From assembly GCA_012842035.1 (NCBI GenBank), contig DUTO01000095.1, positions 1-35,917 on the forward strand: a DNA stretch of 35,917 bases. Direction: 5' to 3'. Below the pieces are notes generated by a model, which saw only the letters and a program-made list of their open reading frames with translations, ran no database searches and had not been told where the DNA came from. This stretch comes from Clostridia bacterium. Its GTDB lineage: Bacteria > Bacillota > Peptococcia > DRI-13 > DTU073. Both the position numbers and the translations under genes were made by a program. Below, piece by piece: positions 23,142-31,455 of the stretch; the stretch's first letter is position 1; each line of letters starts with the position of its first letter.

Positions 23142-24140
23142 ATGAACCAGAAGATGAAGTTGTGGATTCGGTTTTTAAGCTTGTTTTTGTTAGCAGCTTT
23201 TGGGGTTAGTCTTTTAGCAGTTCCGGCTCAGGCCGAGGTGAAGAAACTTACATATCGCACCATGGTATTAGGGTCTGATGTAGTTAAAGTGCAACCGTGG
23301 GAAAAGGAAAATCAAATTTATGAGTTTTTGTTTAATGACCAAGTGGTAATGCGTTATCGCACGATGTCGCAAGGTTTAAGTGCCCAAGAAAGAGCATTGA
23401 CTCTGTGGGAAAGAGCGAAAAGCTTAGGGGGAACATTAAAAGAAGGCACGGTAGCGGTCGACTGTCTACAAGGTAGTTTTGTAGTTACGGTTGCGGATCG
23501 GCTTTTTGTTACGGTTACGGAAGATGACTTTAAAGCCAATAATTCTACAGGTGAAGGGCTGGCTCAAGTTTGGGCCGAGAATCTTAGAAGGGCGAAAAGG
23601 TCTATGCCGGACAAAGTTATACAAGAAAAGCCGGTTCGAGAGAACTTGACCCCGAGAACACCGTCGGAAACAGAGAAACAGCAGGAACTTGAGGAAACCG
23701 GTACTGAGAAAACCGGTACTGAAGAAACAAGCAGTGTGCCTCATGAAAGCACGGTAGCTACTGCACAGGAATTAAAAATGTTAGGGTTAATTAATGCGGA
23801 ACGGGCAAAAGCCGGTGTTAAACCACTGGTGCTGAAGCCTGAATTAGTAAAAATTGCCAGAATTAAATCACAAGAGATGATTGACGAAAATTATTTTAGT
23901 CACGTTTCACCTACCTATGGTGACCCTTTTACGATGCTCAAGAACTTTGGTATAAAATATGGGTATGCCGGAGAAAATTTGGCCGGTAATCCTACAGTAG
24001 AAAATGCACATCAGAGTTTAATGGCTTCTTCCGGACATAAAAAGAATATTCTTAATCCTAATTATACTCATATAGGCATAGGCATTGTGGCCGGAGGTCC
24101 TTATGGACAGATGTTTACTCAGCTTTTTATCAGTGAGTGA
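23142..24140 (+). CDS. Secreted CAP/SCP-domain protein (YkwD family) with an uncharacterised N-terminal domain
   Basis: ATG 23142 after AAGGGGAGG. Signal peptide ...LLAVPAQA/EV. C-terminal SCP core LINAERAKAGVKPL...HVSPTYG...GENLA...GHKKNILNPNYTHIGIG. The ORF-track start 22962 is an artefactual extension. Confidence 0.8.
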   Translation: MNQKMKLWIRFLSLFLLAAFGVSLLAVPAQAEVKKLTYRTMVLGSDVVKVQPWEKENQIYEFLFNDQVVMRYRTMSQGLSAQERALTLWERAKSLGGTLKEGTVAVDCLQGSFVVTVADRLFVTVTEDDFKANNSTGEGLAQVWAENLRRAKRSMPDKVIQEKPVRENLTPRTPSETEKQQELEETGTEKTGTEETSSVPHESTVATAQELKMLGLINAERAKAGVKPLVLKPELVKIARIKSQEMIDENYFSHVSPTYGDPFTMLKNFGIKYGYAGENLAGNPTVENAHQSLMASSGHKKNILNPNYTHIGIGIVAGGPYGQMFTQLFISE

Positions 24141-24307
24141 ATCTCCTCCGCTTTCAACTACTCCTTGCCAAAGTAAGCAATCTAGACACAACCGCGACTG
24201 ACCTTTCATATTATATTAAGTAACAAGATAATTTTTAGGGCACATATTTTTAAGTTGTGCATATACTTAAGTGAATTAAGATGAAAAGGAAAGGAGGTCG
24301 TGGGGTT

Positions 24308-25855
24308 ATGGCCATTACAGTTTCGACGCGCAGACTTAAGGTGGAAAATGTAATTGGGGAAGCCATTAAGCAGGTCAATGTTGTTAGAGATATTACTCTT
24401 CCTGTCTTAGCCAAGAAGATCGAAAGCATTGATACTAAAATTAATAATGTTAAACATAAAATTATTGACAATAAAATTGTGGTGGAAGCGGACCTGCAAA
24501 AACAAATTTATTATGTGGAATGTGTTACCGGTGATGTGCAGGAATACACGGTTCCGACGGAAAAGATTACCGAGTTTGTGCATTTAGAAGGTGCTGTCCA
24601 GGGCATGGATGCTAAAGTAAGTGCGGAGATAGAGTATTGTGATGTAGAAGCAATTGACATGGCAGGAGACAATCAATGTCATCGGAGGTTTCAGCAGACT
24701 TGTATTCTCAAAATTAGAGCCAAAGTAATTGAAATGGTAGAAATTGAAATTATTACCAATGTATCCGGGGATGGGATTGTGCCTACTTTTGCCACTGTTA
24801 CCATTGATAACATTATTGGGGCAGGGGAGGAACAGTATAATCTCAGTGATAATTTCATTGAGCTTCCGGCGGCGACGAAAAAGATTAAAAGCATTGATGC
24901 TGAAATCCGTGATGTGGAGGAAAAGGTGATTCCCGGTAAGGTAATTGTGAAAGGGAAGTTGCATAAACAAATTTATTATGTACTTGAACCTAGCGGAGAA
25001 GTGAAAGAAACATCGGCAGATGTGCCTTTTAGTGTTTTTGTTCCTGTAGAGGGAGCTCAAAAAGGTGCTAGTATCTCGACAGATATCCAAATAGAATATA
25101 TCGATAGTGAACTGGTGACCAGAAATGGTCGGAAGTTTATTCGCGAAACAATAGTTTTGCGAGTAACAGCTAAGGTTATCGAGCGTCTCACGATTAATGT
25201 TGTCACCGCAGTCTTAGGGGCAGAGGTGGAGACGAGAACATTAAAGATTGAAAGTGCTATCGGGGTTGCAGAGCGACAGGTTAATATTTTAGCTGATATC
25301 TTTACACCCACAGAAGCTCGCAAAGTGGCTAGAGTTGATGCCGAGCTTAGAGATTTAGAAGGTGAGGCTATTCCCAATAAGGTGATTGTCAAGGGTACCT
25401 TACATAAACAAATTTATTATGTCTCGGCCGTTGATAATCAGCTACGCGAATTGTCTGTAGATGAACCATTTACAGAGTTTGTTCATATTGAAGGAGCCCA
25501 AAAAGGTGATGTAGTGGACGTTTCGGGCAGAATAGAGTATGTGAATGTAGAGGCTAAAGCTACTACTCCCACTACTAATTGGCGGCAGACAGCAGTTTTA
25601 GAGATTAGGGCCAAAGTGACTGTGACTGAGGAAATTACAGTAGTGACAGCAGTAAGAGCGGTTGCTCCTCCGGTATGTCCTCCGGGAGAAACATTTGATT
25701 ATGTGATTCAAAAAGGAGATACCTTATTTTCTATAGCCACACGATACGGGGTTACAGTGAAGCAAATTATGGCTGTCAATCCGGAAATTACTAATCCTAA
25801 TCTGATTTTTGTCGGACAGACGATTAAAGTGCCTTGTCCTTCGGGCATGGGTTAA
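24308..25855 (+). CDS. Protein with three DUF3794 (SPOCS-like) repeats and a C-terminal LysM domain; SipL-like spore morphogenetic protein (inferred)
   Basis: ATG 24308 after AAGGAGG. Three repeats of about 140 aa each share ...KI.S.D..I......I..KV.V.G.LHKQIYYV...V.....PF..FV...GA.KG......IEY...E. LysM YVIQKGDTLFSIATRYGVTVKQIMAVNPEI...GQTIKVP. Confidence 0.75.
   Translation: MAITVSTRRLKVENVIGEAIKQVNVVRDITLPVLAKKIESIDTKINNVKHKIIDNKIVVEADLQKQIYYVECVTGDVQEYTVPTEKITEFVHLEGAVQGMDAKVSAEIEYCDVEAIDMAGDNQCHRRFQQTCILKIRAKVIEMVEIEIITNVSGDGIVPTFATVTIDNIIGAGEEQYNLSDNFIELPAATKKIKSIDAEIRDVEEKVIPGKVIVKGKLHKQIYYVLEPSGEVKETSADVPFSVFVPVEGAQKGASISTDIQIEYIDSELVTRNGRKFIRETIVLRVTAKVIERLTINVVTAVLGAEVETRTLKIESAIGVAERQVNILADIFTPTEARKVARVDAELRDLEGEAIPNKVIVKGTLHKQIYYVSAVDNQLRELSVDEPFTEFVHIEGAQKGDVVDVSGRIEYVNVEAKATTPTTNWRQTAVLEIRAKVTVTEEITVVTAVRAVAPPVCPPGETFDYVIQKGDTLFSIATRYGVTVKQIMAVNPEITNPNLIFVGQTIKVPCPSGMG
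24332..25654 (+). repeat. Three tandem intragenic repeats at the protein level (about 24332-24763, 24791-25213, 25235-25654)
   Basis: Each unit repeats the block HKQIYYV ... FVH/FVP.EGAQKG ... IEY ... LxIRAKV/LRVTAKV. The units have diverged at the DNA level. Confidence 0.8.
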
Positions 25856-25862
25856 AGTTAAT

Positions 25863-25896
25863 AAAAAAGGGGGTCTTAATAAGACCCCTTTTTTTA
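25863..25896 (+). terminator. Terminator after the SipL-like gene
   Basis: aaaaaagggggtctt-aat-aagacccctttttt, followed by a T run. Confidence 0.85.
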
Positions 25897-25982
25897 TTGC
25901 GAAAATAAAGATGATTAAAACAGTCTCCTGCAGGCAATACTAATAAAAGAAGTTGCCGGCATAATCAGCAAAGGAGATGGTG

Positions 25983-26585
25983 ATGAAGATGAAAAAAAGG
26001 TTTGTGGGGGGTATAGTAGTTTTTTTAGTTCTTACTATATTTTGTTGCTTACTGACCACTAAGACAAAAACACCGCCTTTAATTAGGTTGCATATTCTCG
26101 CCAACAGTGATAGTCAAGCAGACCAAGCCCTAAAATATAAAGTGCGGGATGAGTTAATTAAAATTATGCAGGAGGAATTTAGCAAGTCGCAAAGCATAGA
26201 GGAATCCAGGTCTATTTTATTAAGCCGACTACCATTTTTAGCAGAAAAAGCAGAAGAATATGTAGCACGAGAAGGCTTTGCTTATCCGGTGCAAGCTGTT
26301 TATGGCAAGTTTAAATTTCCTCGCAGGGACTATGGTGCTTTTGTGCTTCCCGCGGGTCGCTATGAAGCGTTAAGACTTGTTTTGGGTGAAGGGAAAGGAG
26401 CTAATTGGTGGTGTGTGCTTTTTCCGCCCCTTTGTTTTATCGAAGGTGAGCAAAGTTTATGTTTGGAAAGTGAGGGGGTAAAAATTTTAGAGCAGGGTGA
26501 GCTTGGAGCCCAAAAAGTGCAAATAAAGCCGGCTTTTAAAATAGTGGAGGCTTGGCAAGAAATATTTAAGGGAAAATGTAAATAA
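25983..26585 (+). CDS. spoIIR: Stage II sporulation protein R
   Basis: N-terminal TM/signal segment, then IRLHILANSDSQADQALKYKVRDEL and ANWWCVLFPPLCF, typical of SpoIIR. The ATG at 25983 (or 25989) follows AAAGGAG. ATG 25977 abuts the RBS. Confidence 0.85.
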   Translation: MKMKKRFVGGIVVFLVLTIFCCLLTTKTKTPPLIRLHILANSDSQADQALKYKVRDELIKIMQEEFSKSQSIEESRSILLSRLPFLAEKAEEYVAREGFAYPVQAVYGKFKFPRRDYGAFVLPAGRYEALRLVLGEGKGANWWCVLFPPLCFIEGEQSLCLESEGVKILEQGELGAQKVQIKPAFKIVEAWQEIFKGKCK

Positions 26586-26631
26586 TAGATTTTTGCTAGT
26601 GATAATATGATATAATTTGTTTAAGAAGTTG

Positions 26632-26659
26632 AAATGGCTAGTGTTGATACTAGCCATTT
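26632..26659. terminator. Hairpin between the convergent spoIIR and ldt; possible terminator without a clear U tract
   Basis: Perfect 11-bp stem aaatggctagt / actagccattt with a 6-nt loop. Confidence 0.4.
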
Positions 26660-26678
26660 ATAATCAAAGGGGCTTGCT

Positions 26679-27023
26679 TTAAAGTATTTTAACAGATGTG
26701 CCGAGATGAACAAGGGAAAAGATTGTTTCAATATCATGATTATGCATGCGGATACAGCCTAAAGAGACAGCTTTACCAATACAAGAAGGATTATTGGTGC
26801 CATGAATGCCATAATTGGGTTTACTAAGCCCTAACCATCTAGTACCATAGACTTGACGCCCATCCATAATTTTTTTATTGATGATTTCCCAAGAGCCAAT
26901 GGGCGAAGGAGTGCTGGGCTTGCCAATAGCGATAGGATAAGAATTAAAAAGTTGTTGTCTTTGATAAAGGTAAAGTCGTCTTTCACGTAAAGTAATTTTA
27001 ATGAAGATACTACCGGGAGACAA
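26679..27023 (-). CDS. L,D-transpeptidase catalytic (YkuD) domain protein, single domain
   Basis: The YkuD signature IHGTNNPSCIGKAVSLGCIRM (catalytic His and Cys). TTG start 7 nt after GAGGTG. No obvious signal peptide or LysM domain. Confidence 0.85.
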   Translation of the reverse strand: MSPGSIFIKITLRERRLYLYQRQQLFNSYPIAIGKPSTPSPIGSWEIINKKIMDGRQVYGTRWLGLSKPNYGIHGTNNPSCIGKAVSLGCIRMHNHDIETIFSLVHLGTSVKIL

Positions 27024-27120
27024 AACAGATCACCTCATTTTAAGTTGATGTTATTGTTAGTTTATTGCATAGATAAGAAGATGTTGCGGAGAATTTATTT
27101 ACTAAAGGAGTTTTAGGGCA

Positions 27121-28788
27121 ATGGCTATTGATTATCAGCAGATGGCTTTTTATGCTTTAGGCGGGTTAGCTTTCTTTCTGTTTGGTGTTAAATATATGTC
27201 TAATGCCCTGCAAAATGTGGCCGGAGATAAATTGCGTTCTTTTTTAGAAAAGGGGACGCGAACTCCGGTACGTGGTGTTTTGTTGGGTGCTTTAGTGACG
27301 GCGATTATTCAAAGTAGTTCCGGCACTACGGTGTTAACCGTAGGGCTGGTTAATTCAGGACTTTTGACTTTGCGCCAGGCTATTGGGGTAATTATGGGAG
27401 CGAATATCGGGACAACGGTAACAGCATATTTAATTGGTTTTAAATTAGAACATTATGCTCTCCCTGTTTTAGCCTTGGGCGTTTTTTTGTTATTCTTTTT
27501 TAAAAATAAAAAAGTGGTTAATATGGGACAGGTTCTGTTTGGTTTGGGTATGCTTTTTTACGGGATGGAAACAATGGGGAAAGGCTTTTCTCCTTTGCGC
27601 AACTCGGAGTTTTTTCTTAATTTAATGGTTAATATTGAAGGACGAGCGATATTAGGTGTATTGGTAGGGGCTATTTTTACAGCTTTGGTGCAAAGTAGTA
27701 GTGCCACGATTGGTGTTTTACAGGAATTAGCCTACCAAGGTGCGATTACATATGGTCAGGCGGTTCCGATTCTGTTTGGCGATAATATTGGGACTACGAT
27801 TACAGCGCTTTTAGCGGCAATTGGAACCTCGGTTGCGGCAAAAAGAACGGCCCTATCTCACTGTTTATTTAACCTTTTAGGCACCATGATTTTCCTACCT
27901 TTGTTTATGTTTGGTATTTTTCCGGAAATGGTGCGTTTATTTACAAATTATATCTGTTTTTTATTGCCTGGTTTTGAAGGCACTTGGGAAGTTATTAATG
28001 TCAAAATGCAACTGGCTCAAACACACGGTGTTTTTAATCTCAGTAATACTTTAATTCAATTCCCGTTTGTTTCTTTTTTAGCAGCTATGGTTACGAGGAT
28101 AATCCCCGGAGAAGATATTGTCACGAGATTTGAACCCGAATATTTGGAGCCGCGTTTGCTTGCTAATCCTCCTGTAGCTTTAGGGCAGGTAGGGCGGGAA
28201 GTTATCCGGATGGGGATTTTGGCGAAAAAGTCATTGGAATATGCTGCTGCTTATTTCTTTACGGAATTAAAAACAGAAGCTGAAAAAGCGGTTCAAATAG
28301 AAAAAGTGATTAATAATTTGCAAAGAAAAATAACAGATTATATCGTGAAAGTTTCCGAGGAGAAGCTTTCCGAAGAGGATAATAATCGTGCTTATACTTA
28401 TGTACAGGCGATTATCGATATCGAAAGAGTAGGAGACCATACGGAAAACATTGTGGAATTAACTGAAATTCGTATCGAGAAAAACGTTGTTTTTTCTAAA
28501 AATGCGATGACCGATATAAGTGAGATGTTTGCTAAAACCCTAGCTACATATGAGCAAGCTGTAAAATGTTTGGAAAAGCATGACCCTTGGTTAGCGCAAG
28601 AGGTTGTTAAGAGTGATGACACGATTGATGAAATGGAAAAAGAATTGCGTCGTACCCATATTGCTCGTCTTAATGAAGGGACTTGTAGTGGTGAGGCCGG
28701 AGCCATTTATTTGGATATTTTAAGCAACCTAGAACGTATTGGCGACCATGCCGTAAATATTGCCCAGTATGTTTTGGGAAAAAGATGA
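27121..28788 (+). CDS. Na/Pi-cotransporter family protein with C-terminal PhoU-like repeats
   Basis: Duplicated motifs QSSSGTTVLTVGLV and QSSSATIGVLQEL...GDNIGTT. The C-terminus carries two PhoU-type E(R)(V/I)GDH motifs (IERVGDHTENI and LERIGDHAVNI). Confidence 0.9.
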   Translation: MAIDYQQMAFYALGGLAFFLFGVKYMSNALQNVAGDKLRSFLEKGTRTPVRGVLLGALVTAIIQSSSGTTVLTVGLVNSGLLTLRQAIGVIMGANIGTTVTAYLIGFKLEHYALPVLALGVFLLFFFKNKKVVNMGQVLFGLGMLFYGMETMGKGFSPLRNSEFFLNLMVNIEGRAILGVLVGAIFTALVQSSSATIGVLQELAYQGAITYGQAVPILFGDNIGTTITALLAAIGTSVAAKRTALSHCLFNLLGTMIFLPLFMFGIFPEMVRLFTNYICFLLPGFEGTWEVINVKMQLAQTHGVFNLSNTLIQFPFVSFLAAMVTRIIPGEDIVTRFEPEYLEPRLLANPPVALGQVGREVIRMGILAKKSLEYAAAYFFTELKTEAEKAVQIEKVINNLQRKITDYIVKVSEEKLSEEDNNRAYTYVQAIIDIERVGDHTENIVELTEIRIEKNVVFSKNAMTDISEMFAKTLATYEQAVKCLEKHDPWLAQEVVKSDDTIDEMEKELRRTHIARLNEGTCSGEAGAIYLDILSNLERIGDHAVNIAQYVLGKR

Positions 28789-28812
28789 ATACTGTATTCA
28801 TTAAAAATTATG

Positions 28813-28841
28813 TTGAAAAGGCCGATAAGTGAAGTTATAAT
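28813..28841 (+). promoter_or_regulatory. Sigma-A promoter upstream of the mrp cluster
   Basis: TTGAAA (28813-28818), 17-nt spacer, TATAAT (28836-28841). Confidence 0.55.
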
Positions 28842-28861
28842 ATAAATAGATTGTTTATATT

Positions 28862-28889
28862 TTGACAAGTTAAAATAATGATATAAAAT
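28862..28889 (+). promoter_or_regulatory. Second candidate promoter upstream of the mrp cluster
   Basis: TTGACA (28862-28867), 16-nt spacer, TAAAAT (28884-28889). Confidence 0.45.
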
Positions 28890-28949
28890 GGTTATATTCC
28901 CCATTTCGTTACAACAGGAGAAAAAGTGCTTGTACAAGGTGGTATTTCT

Positions 28950-29492
28950 ATGATAGCGAAAAAGAACCTAGCAAGAGAAGCGCAATTAAAACAATTAATA
29001 GTGCTCCCTTTAGCTCTTTTTATTTTCTGGATAATTCTTACGGGAAGTTTTACAACTAAAAGTTTAATCATCGGTTTAATGGCGGCATTAATTGTTTCCC
29101 GGTTGTGTAGTCCGATTTTGTATTTACCGGCGGCACATACTCCGGGGAAAAGTTATGCCGCTTTTGATCTTCCTTATCTTAAGTTGTTTTTTTATTTATT
29201 CTGGTTGCTTGGGGAATTAATTAAAGCCAATATTCAAGTGGCTTTAATTGTTTTAAATCCTAAAATGCCGATTAGTCCGCAAGTGGTTACATTTAAAAAG
29301 CCGTTAGATCATCCAGTAGCGCAAACCTTGCTTGCCAAATCGATTATTTTGACACCGGGAACAATAACTATGGACGTGGGGGACGATATATATACGATTC
29401 ATGCTTTAACCAAAGATGCGGCTCTTTCTTTAGCTCCTCTAGAGGGGGAAGGCGAGATGCCGGTTCGTGTAGGTCGCCTCTTTAATGAATAA
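28950..29492 (+). CDS. mrpE: Mrp/Mnh antiporter subunit E (MbhA-like)
   Basis: WIILTGSF ... ANIQVALIVLNPKMPISPQVV ... LLAKSIILTPGTITMDV...IHAL matches the MnhE pattern. ATG 28950 after AAGGTGG. Confidence 0.85.
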   Translation: MIAKKNLAREAQLKQLIVLPLALFIFWIILTGSFTTKSLIIGLMAALIVSRLCSPILYLPAAHTPGKSYAAFDLPYLKLFFYLFWLLGELIKANIQVALIVLNPKMPISPQVVTFKKPLDHPVAQTLLAKSIILTPGTITMDVGDDIYTIHALTKDAALSLAPLEGEGEMPVRVGRLFNE

Positions 29493-29508
29493 GCCGAGGT
29501 GAAAGAAA

Positions 29509-29787
29509 ATGATTACCGATAAATTGCTTTTGACTTTTTTGATTGCCCTTATTGTTATTATCTTTCTGATGCTGTTTAGGGTATTAAAAGGGCCTACAGT
29601 CTTTGACCGTTTAAATGGGCTTGGTGTTATTGGCACAGACACTATTGTTGTTTTAATTTTGCTCGGGTTTTTAGAAAAACGAGTGAATATGTATGTTGAT
29701 ATCGCTATTTCTTATGGTATCTTAGGCTTTATTAGTTTAGTTGTTATTGCTAAATATTTCGAGGGGAAGGGAGACGTGAAACCATGA
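29509..29787 (+). CDS. mrpF: Mrp/Mnh antiporter subunit F
   Basis: 92 aa, three TM segments, with FRVLKGPTVFDRLNGL typical of MnhF. Confidence 0.85.
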   Translation: MITDKLLLTFLIALIVIIFLMLFRVLKGPTVFDRLNGLGVIGTDTIVVLILLGFLEKRVNMYVDIAISYGILGFISLVVIAKYFEGKGDVKP

Positions 29788-30083
29788 CAATAGTAGCCCT
29801 TGTTTTATTATTTAGTGGGTTTTTCTTTATCGTGGTAGCTGCCTTAGGCGTAATTCGTTTCCCTGATTTTTATACCCGCTTACATGCGGCAGGAAAGGGC
29901 GATACATTAGGGATAGCTCTTTTTGTGCTGGGATTAGCAGTTTATAATGGCTTTAATTTTGTTAGTTTAAAACTTCTTTTAATTGTCTTGTTTGTTTTTT
30001 TAGCCAATCCTATTGGCGGGCACGTTTTAAGCAGAGCTGCTTTCAGATCTGGGCTTAAGCCTTGGACGAAGAAGGGGGAATAA
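29784..30083 (+). CDS. mrpG: Mrp/Mnh antiporter subunit G
   Basis: LGVIRFPDFYTRLHAAGKGDTLG matches the MnhG/PhaG motif. ATGA overlap with mrpF. Confidence 0.85.
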   Translation: MTIVALVLLFSGFFFIVVAALGVIRFPDFYTRLHAAGKGDTLGIALFVLGLAVYNGFNFVSLKLLLIVLFVFLANPIGGHVLSRAAFRSGLKPWTKKGE

Positions 30084-30086
30084 GTT

Positions 30087-30332
30087 ATGCCGGGTGCATT
30101 TTTCTTAGGTTTTTTAGTCTTTTTAATGGCAGTAACAGGGCTTTCTGCACTTTTTGCGCGTGACCTTTTGGCCTCGATTATCATGTTTAGTGCTTTCAGT
30201 TATTTTGCTGTGCTTACTTATTTAACGATGGGAGCCCCTGATGTGGCTTTTACGGAAGCTGTTGTAGGCGTTGTCTCTACGACTTTCTTTATTGTCGCTC
30301 TCAGACGCATGAAGAGGGGGAGTTCTAAGTGA
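30087..30332 (+). CDS. DUF4040 / MbhD-like small membrane subunit (equivalent to part of the MrpA C-terminal region)
   Basis: 81 aa, three TM segments, with GAPDVAFTEAVVGV, the hallmark of the DUF4040/MbhD domain. Confidence 0.7.
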   Translation: MPGAFFLGFLVFLMAVTGLSALFARDLLASIIMFSAFSYFAVLTYLTMGAPDVAFTEAVVGVVSTTFFIVALRRMKRGSSK

Positions 30333-31093
30333 AATTTGTGCGGGCGGGTGCTTTATTAGTTGTGGTCGTGATGACTGTGGTTTTATTTATTGGTGCCGGG
30401 GCTTTACCCGCAATCTATAATCCACAATCTCCGGCTTCGACTCATGTATCAGATCGTTATATCGAAAAATCCGTTGAGGAAACGGGTTCTTTAAACTTTG
30501 TCACGGCTGTGTTAGCGGATTACCGGGGTTATGATACTTTAGGAGAGACAACCGTGATTTTTACCGCCGGTTTAGCTGCCGTTGTTTTGTTACGAAGTGC
30601 CCAAAAGGCAGATTCCCGGGGAAAAAAGGTTCCTTTAGCGAAGGCAGGAAAAGGCATGAGCGAGCGTTTTGGAACCATAGTTTTAAATACTGCTGCTCGT
30701 TTTGTGATTCCTTTTGTTACACTCTATGGTGTGTATGTACTTGTGGGTGGTGGTGAGGGTAATCCCGGTGGTGGTTTCCAGTCCGGTGCCGTTTTAGCAA
30801 TTGCTATTATTATCAGTCGTTTAGTCTATGGGGAAGGGGCTGCCTTTAATATTTCAGGGGATCTGGCGCTTATTCTGGCCGGGATAGGTACTTTTATCTA
30901 TGCTTTTGTAGGAGTGTTGACTCTTCTTTGGGGTGGCAATTTTTTGGAGTATGGGATTGCTCCTTTTTTGATGTCGGCAGCCGAAAAACATTCTTTAGGA
31001 ATATCAGGAATTGAAATCGGGGTTACGCTTTGCGTAATGGCGACGATTATTGCTATTTTTGATGCCTTGGCTAGAAAGGAAGAAGTATCATGA
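30329..31093 (+). CDS. mrpB: Mrp/Mnh antiporter subunit B (MnhB domain)
   Basis: NFVTAVLADYRGYDTLGETTVIFTA and NPGGGFQSGAVLA are MnhB signatures. GTG start overlaps the previous stop. Confidence 0.8.
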   Translation: MKFVRAGALLVVVVMTVVLFIGAGALPAIYNPQSPASTHVSDRYIEKSVEETGSLNFVTAVLADYRGYDTLGETTVIFTAGLAAVVLLRSAQKADSRGKKVPLAKAGKGMSERFGTIVLNTAARFVIPFVTLYGVYVLVGGGEGNPGGGFQSGAVLAIAIIISRLVYGEGAAFNISGDLALILAGIGTFIYAFVGVLTLLWGGNFLEYGIAPFLMSAAEKHSLGISGIEIGVTLCVMATIIAIFDALARKEEVS

Positions 31094-31455
31094 GAGAATT
31101 ATTTACGGAACATTTAATCTATTGGTTAATTCTTTTCCTGTTTATGCTAGGTCCTTATGGTATGATTTTTAAAAAGAATTTGGTAAAAAAGTTAATGTCG
31201 ATGAACATTATGCAGGTAGCTGTAATTTTGTTTTTCTTAGCTTTAGGTCAAAAAACGGGGGGAACAATCCCTATTAATTTACCTGGTCTTATAGGGGCGG
31301 AACATTATATTAACCCCCTACCACACACCTTGATGTTGACGGCGATTGTAGTGAGTTTGGCTACTTTGGGCGTGTCTTTAGGTTTGCTTTTAACAGTGCA
31401 AAAACGTTATGGCACCTTAGAAGAAGATGAATTGCTGCGGAGGATGAATCAATGA
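31090..31455 (+). CDS. mrpC: Mrp/Mnh antiporter subunit C (NuoK-like)
   Basis: KNLVKKLMSMNIMQVAVILFFLALG ... YINPLPHTLMLTAIVVSLA matches MnhC. ATGA overlap. Confidence 0.85.
   Translation: MRELFTEHLIYWLILFLFMLGPYGMIFKKNLVKKLMSMNIMQVAVILFFLALGQKTGGTIPINLPGLIGAEHYINPLPHTLMLTAIVVSLATLGVSLGLLLTVQKRYGTLEEDELLRRMNQ

Noticed and set aside
24584-25090. A 168-aa minus-strand ORF, plus the smaller ORFs 24250-24471, 24691-24894, 24744-24929 and 25057-25392, inside the SipL-like gene
   Set aside because: They lie almost entirely within (the first only partly overlapping) a well-supported repeat-containing CDS on the + strand. They have no RBS, and their composition is low-complexity and rich in Cys, Phe and Asn, typical of the reverse frame. 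The repeat structure only makes sense in the + frame.
28707-28937. A 76-aa minus-strand ORF spanning the Na/Pi 3' end and the mrp promoter region
   Set aside because: It is an AT-rich intergenic artefact that overlaps two promoter-like elements and the end of a solid CDS. It has no RBS.
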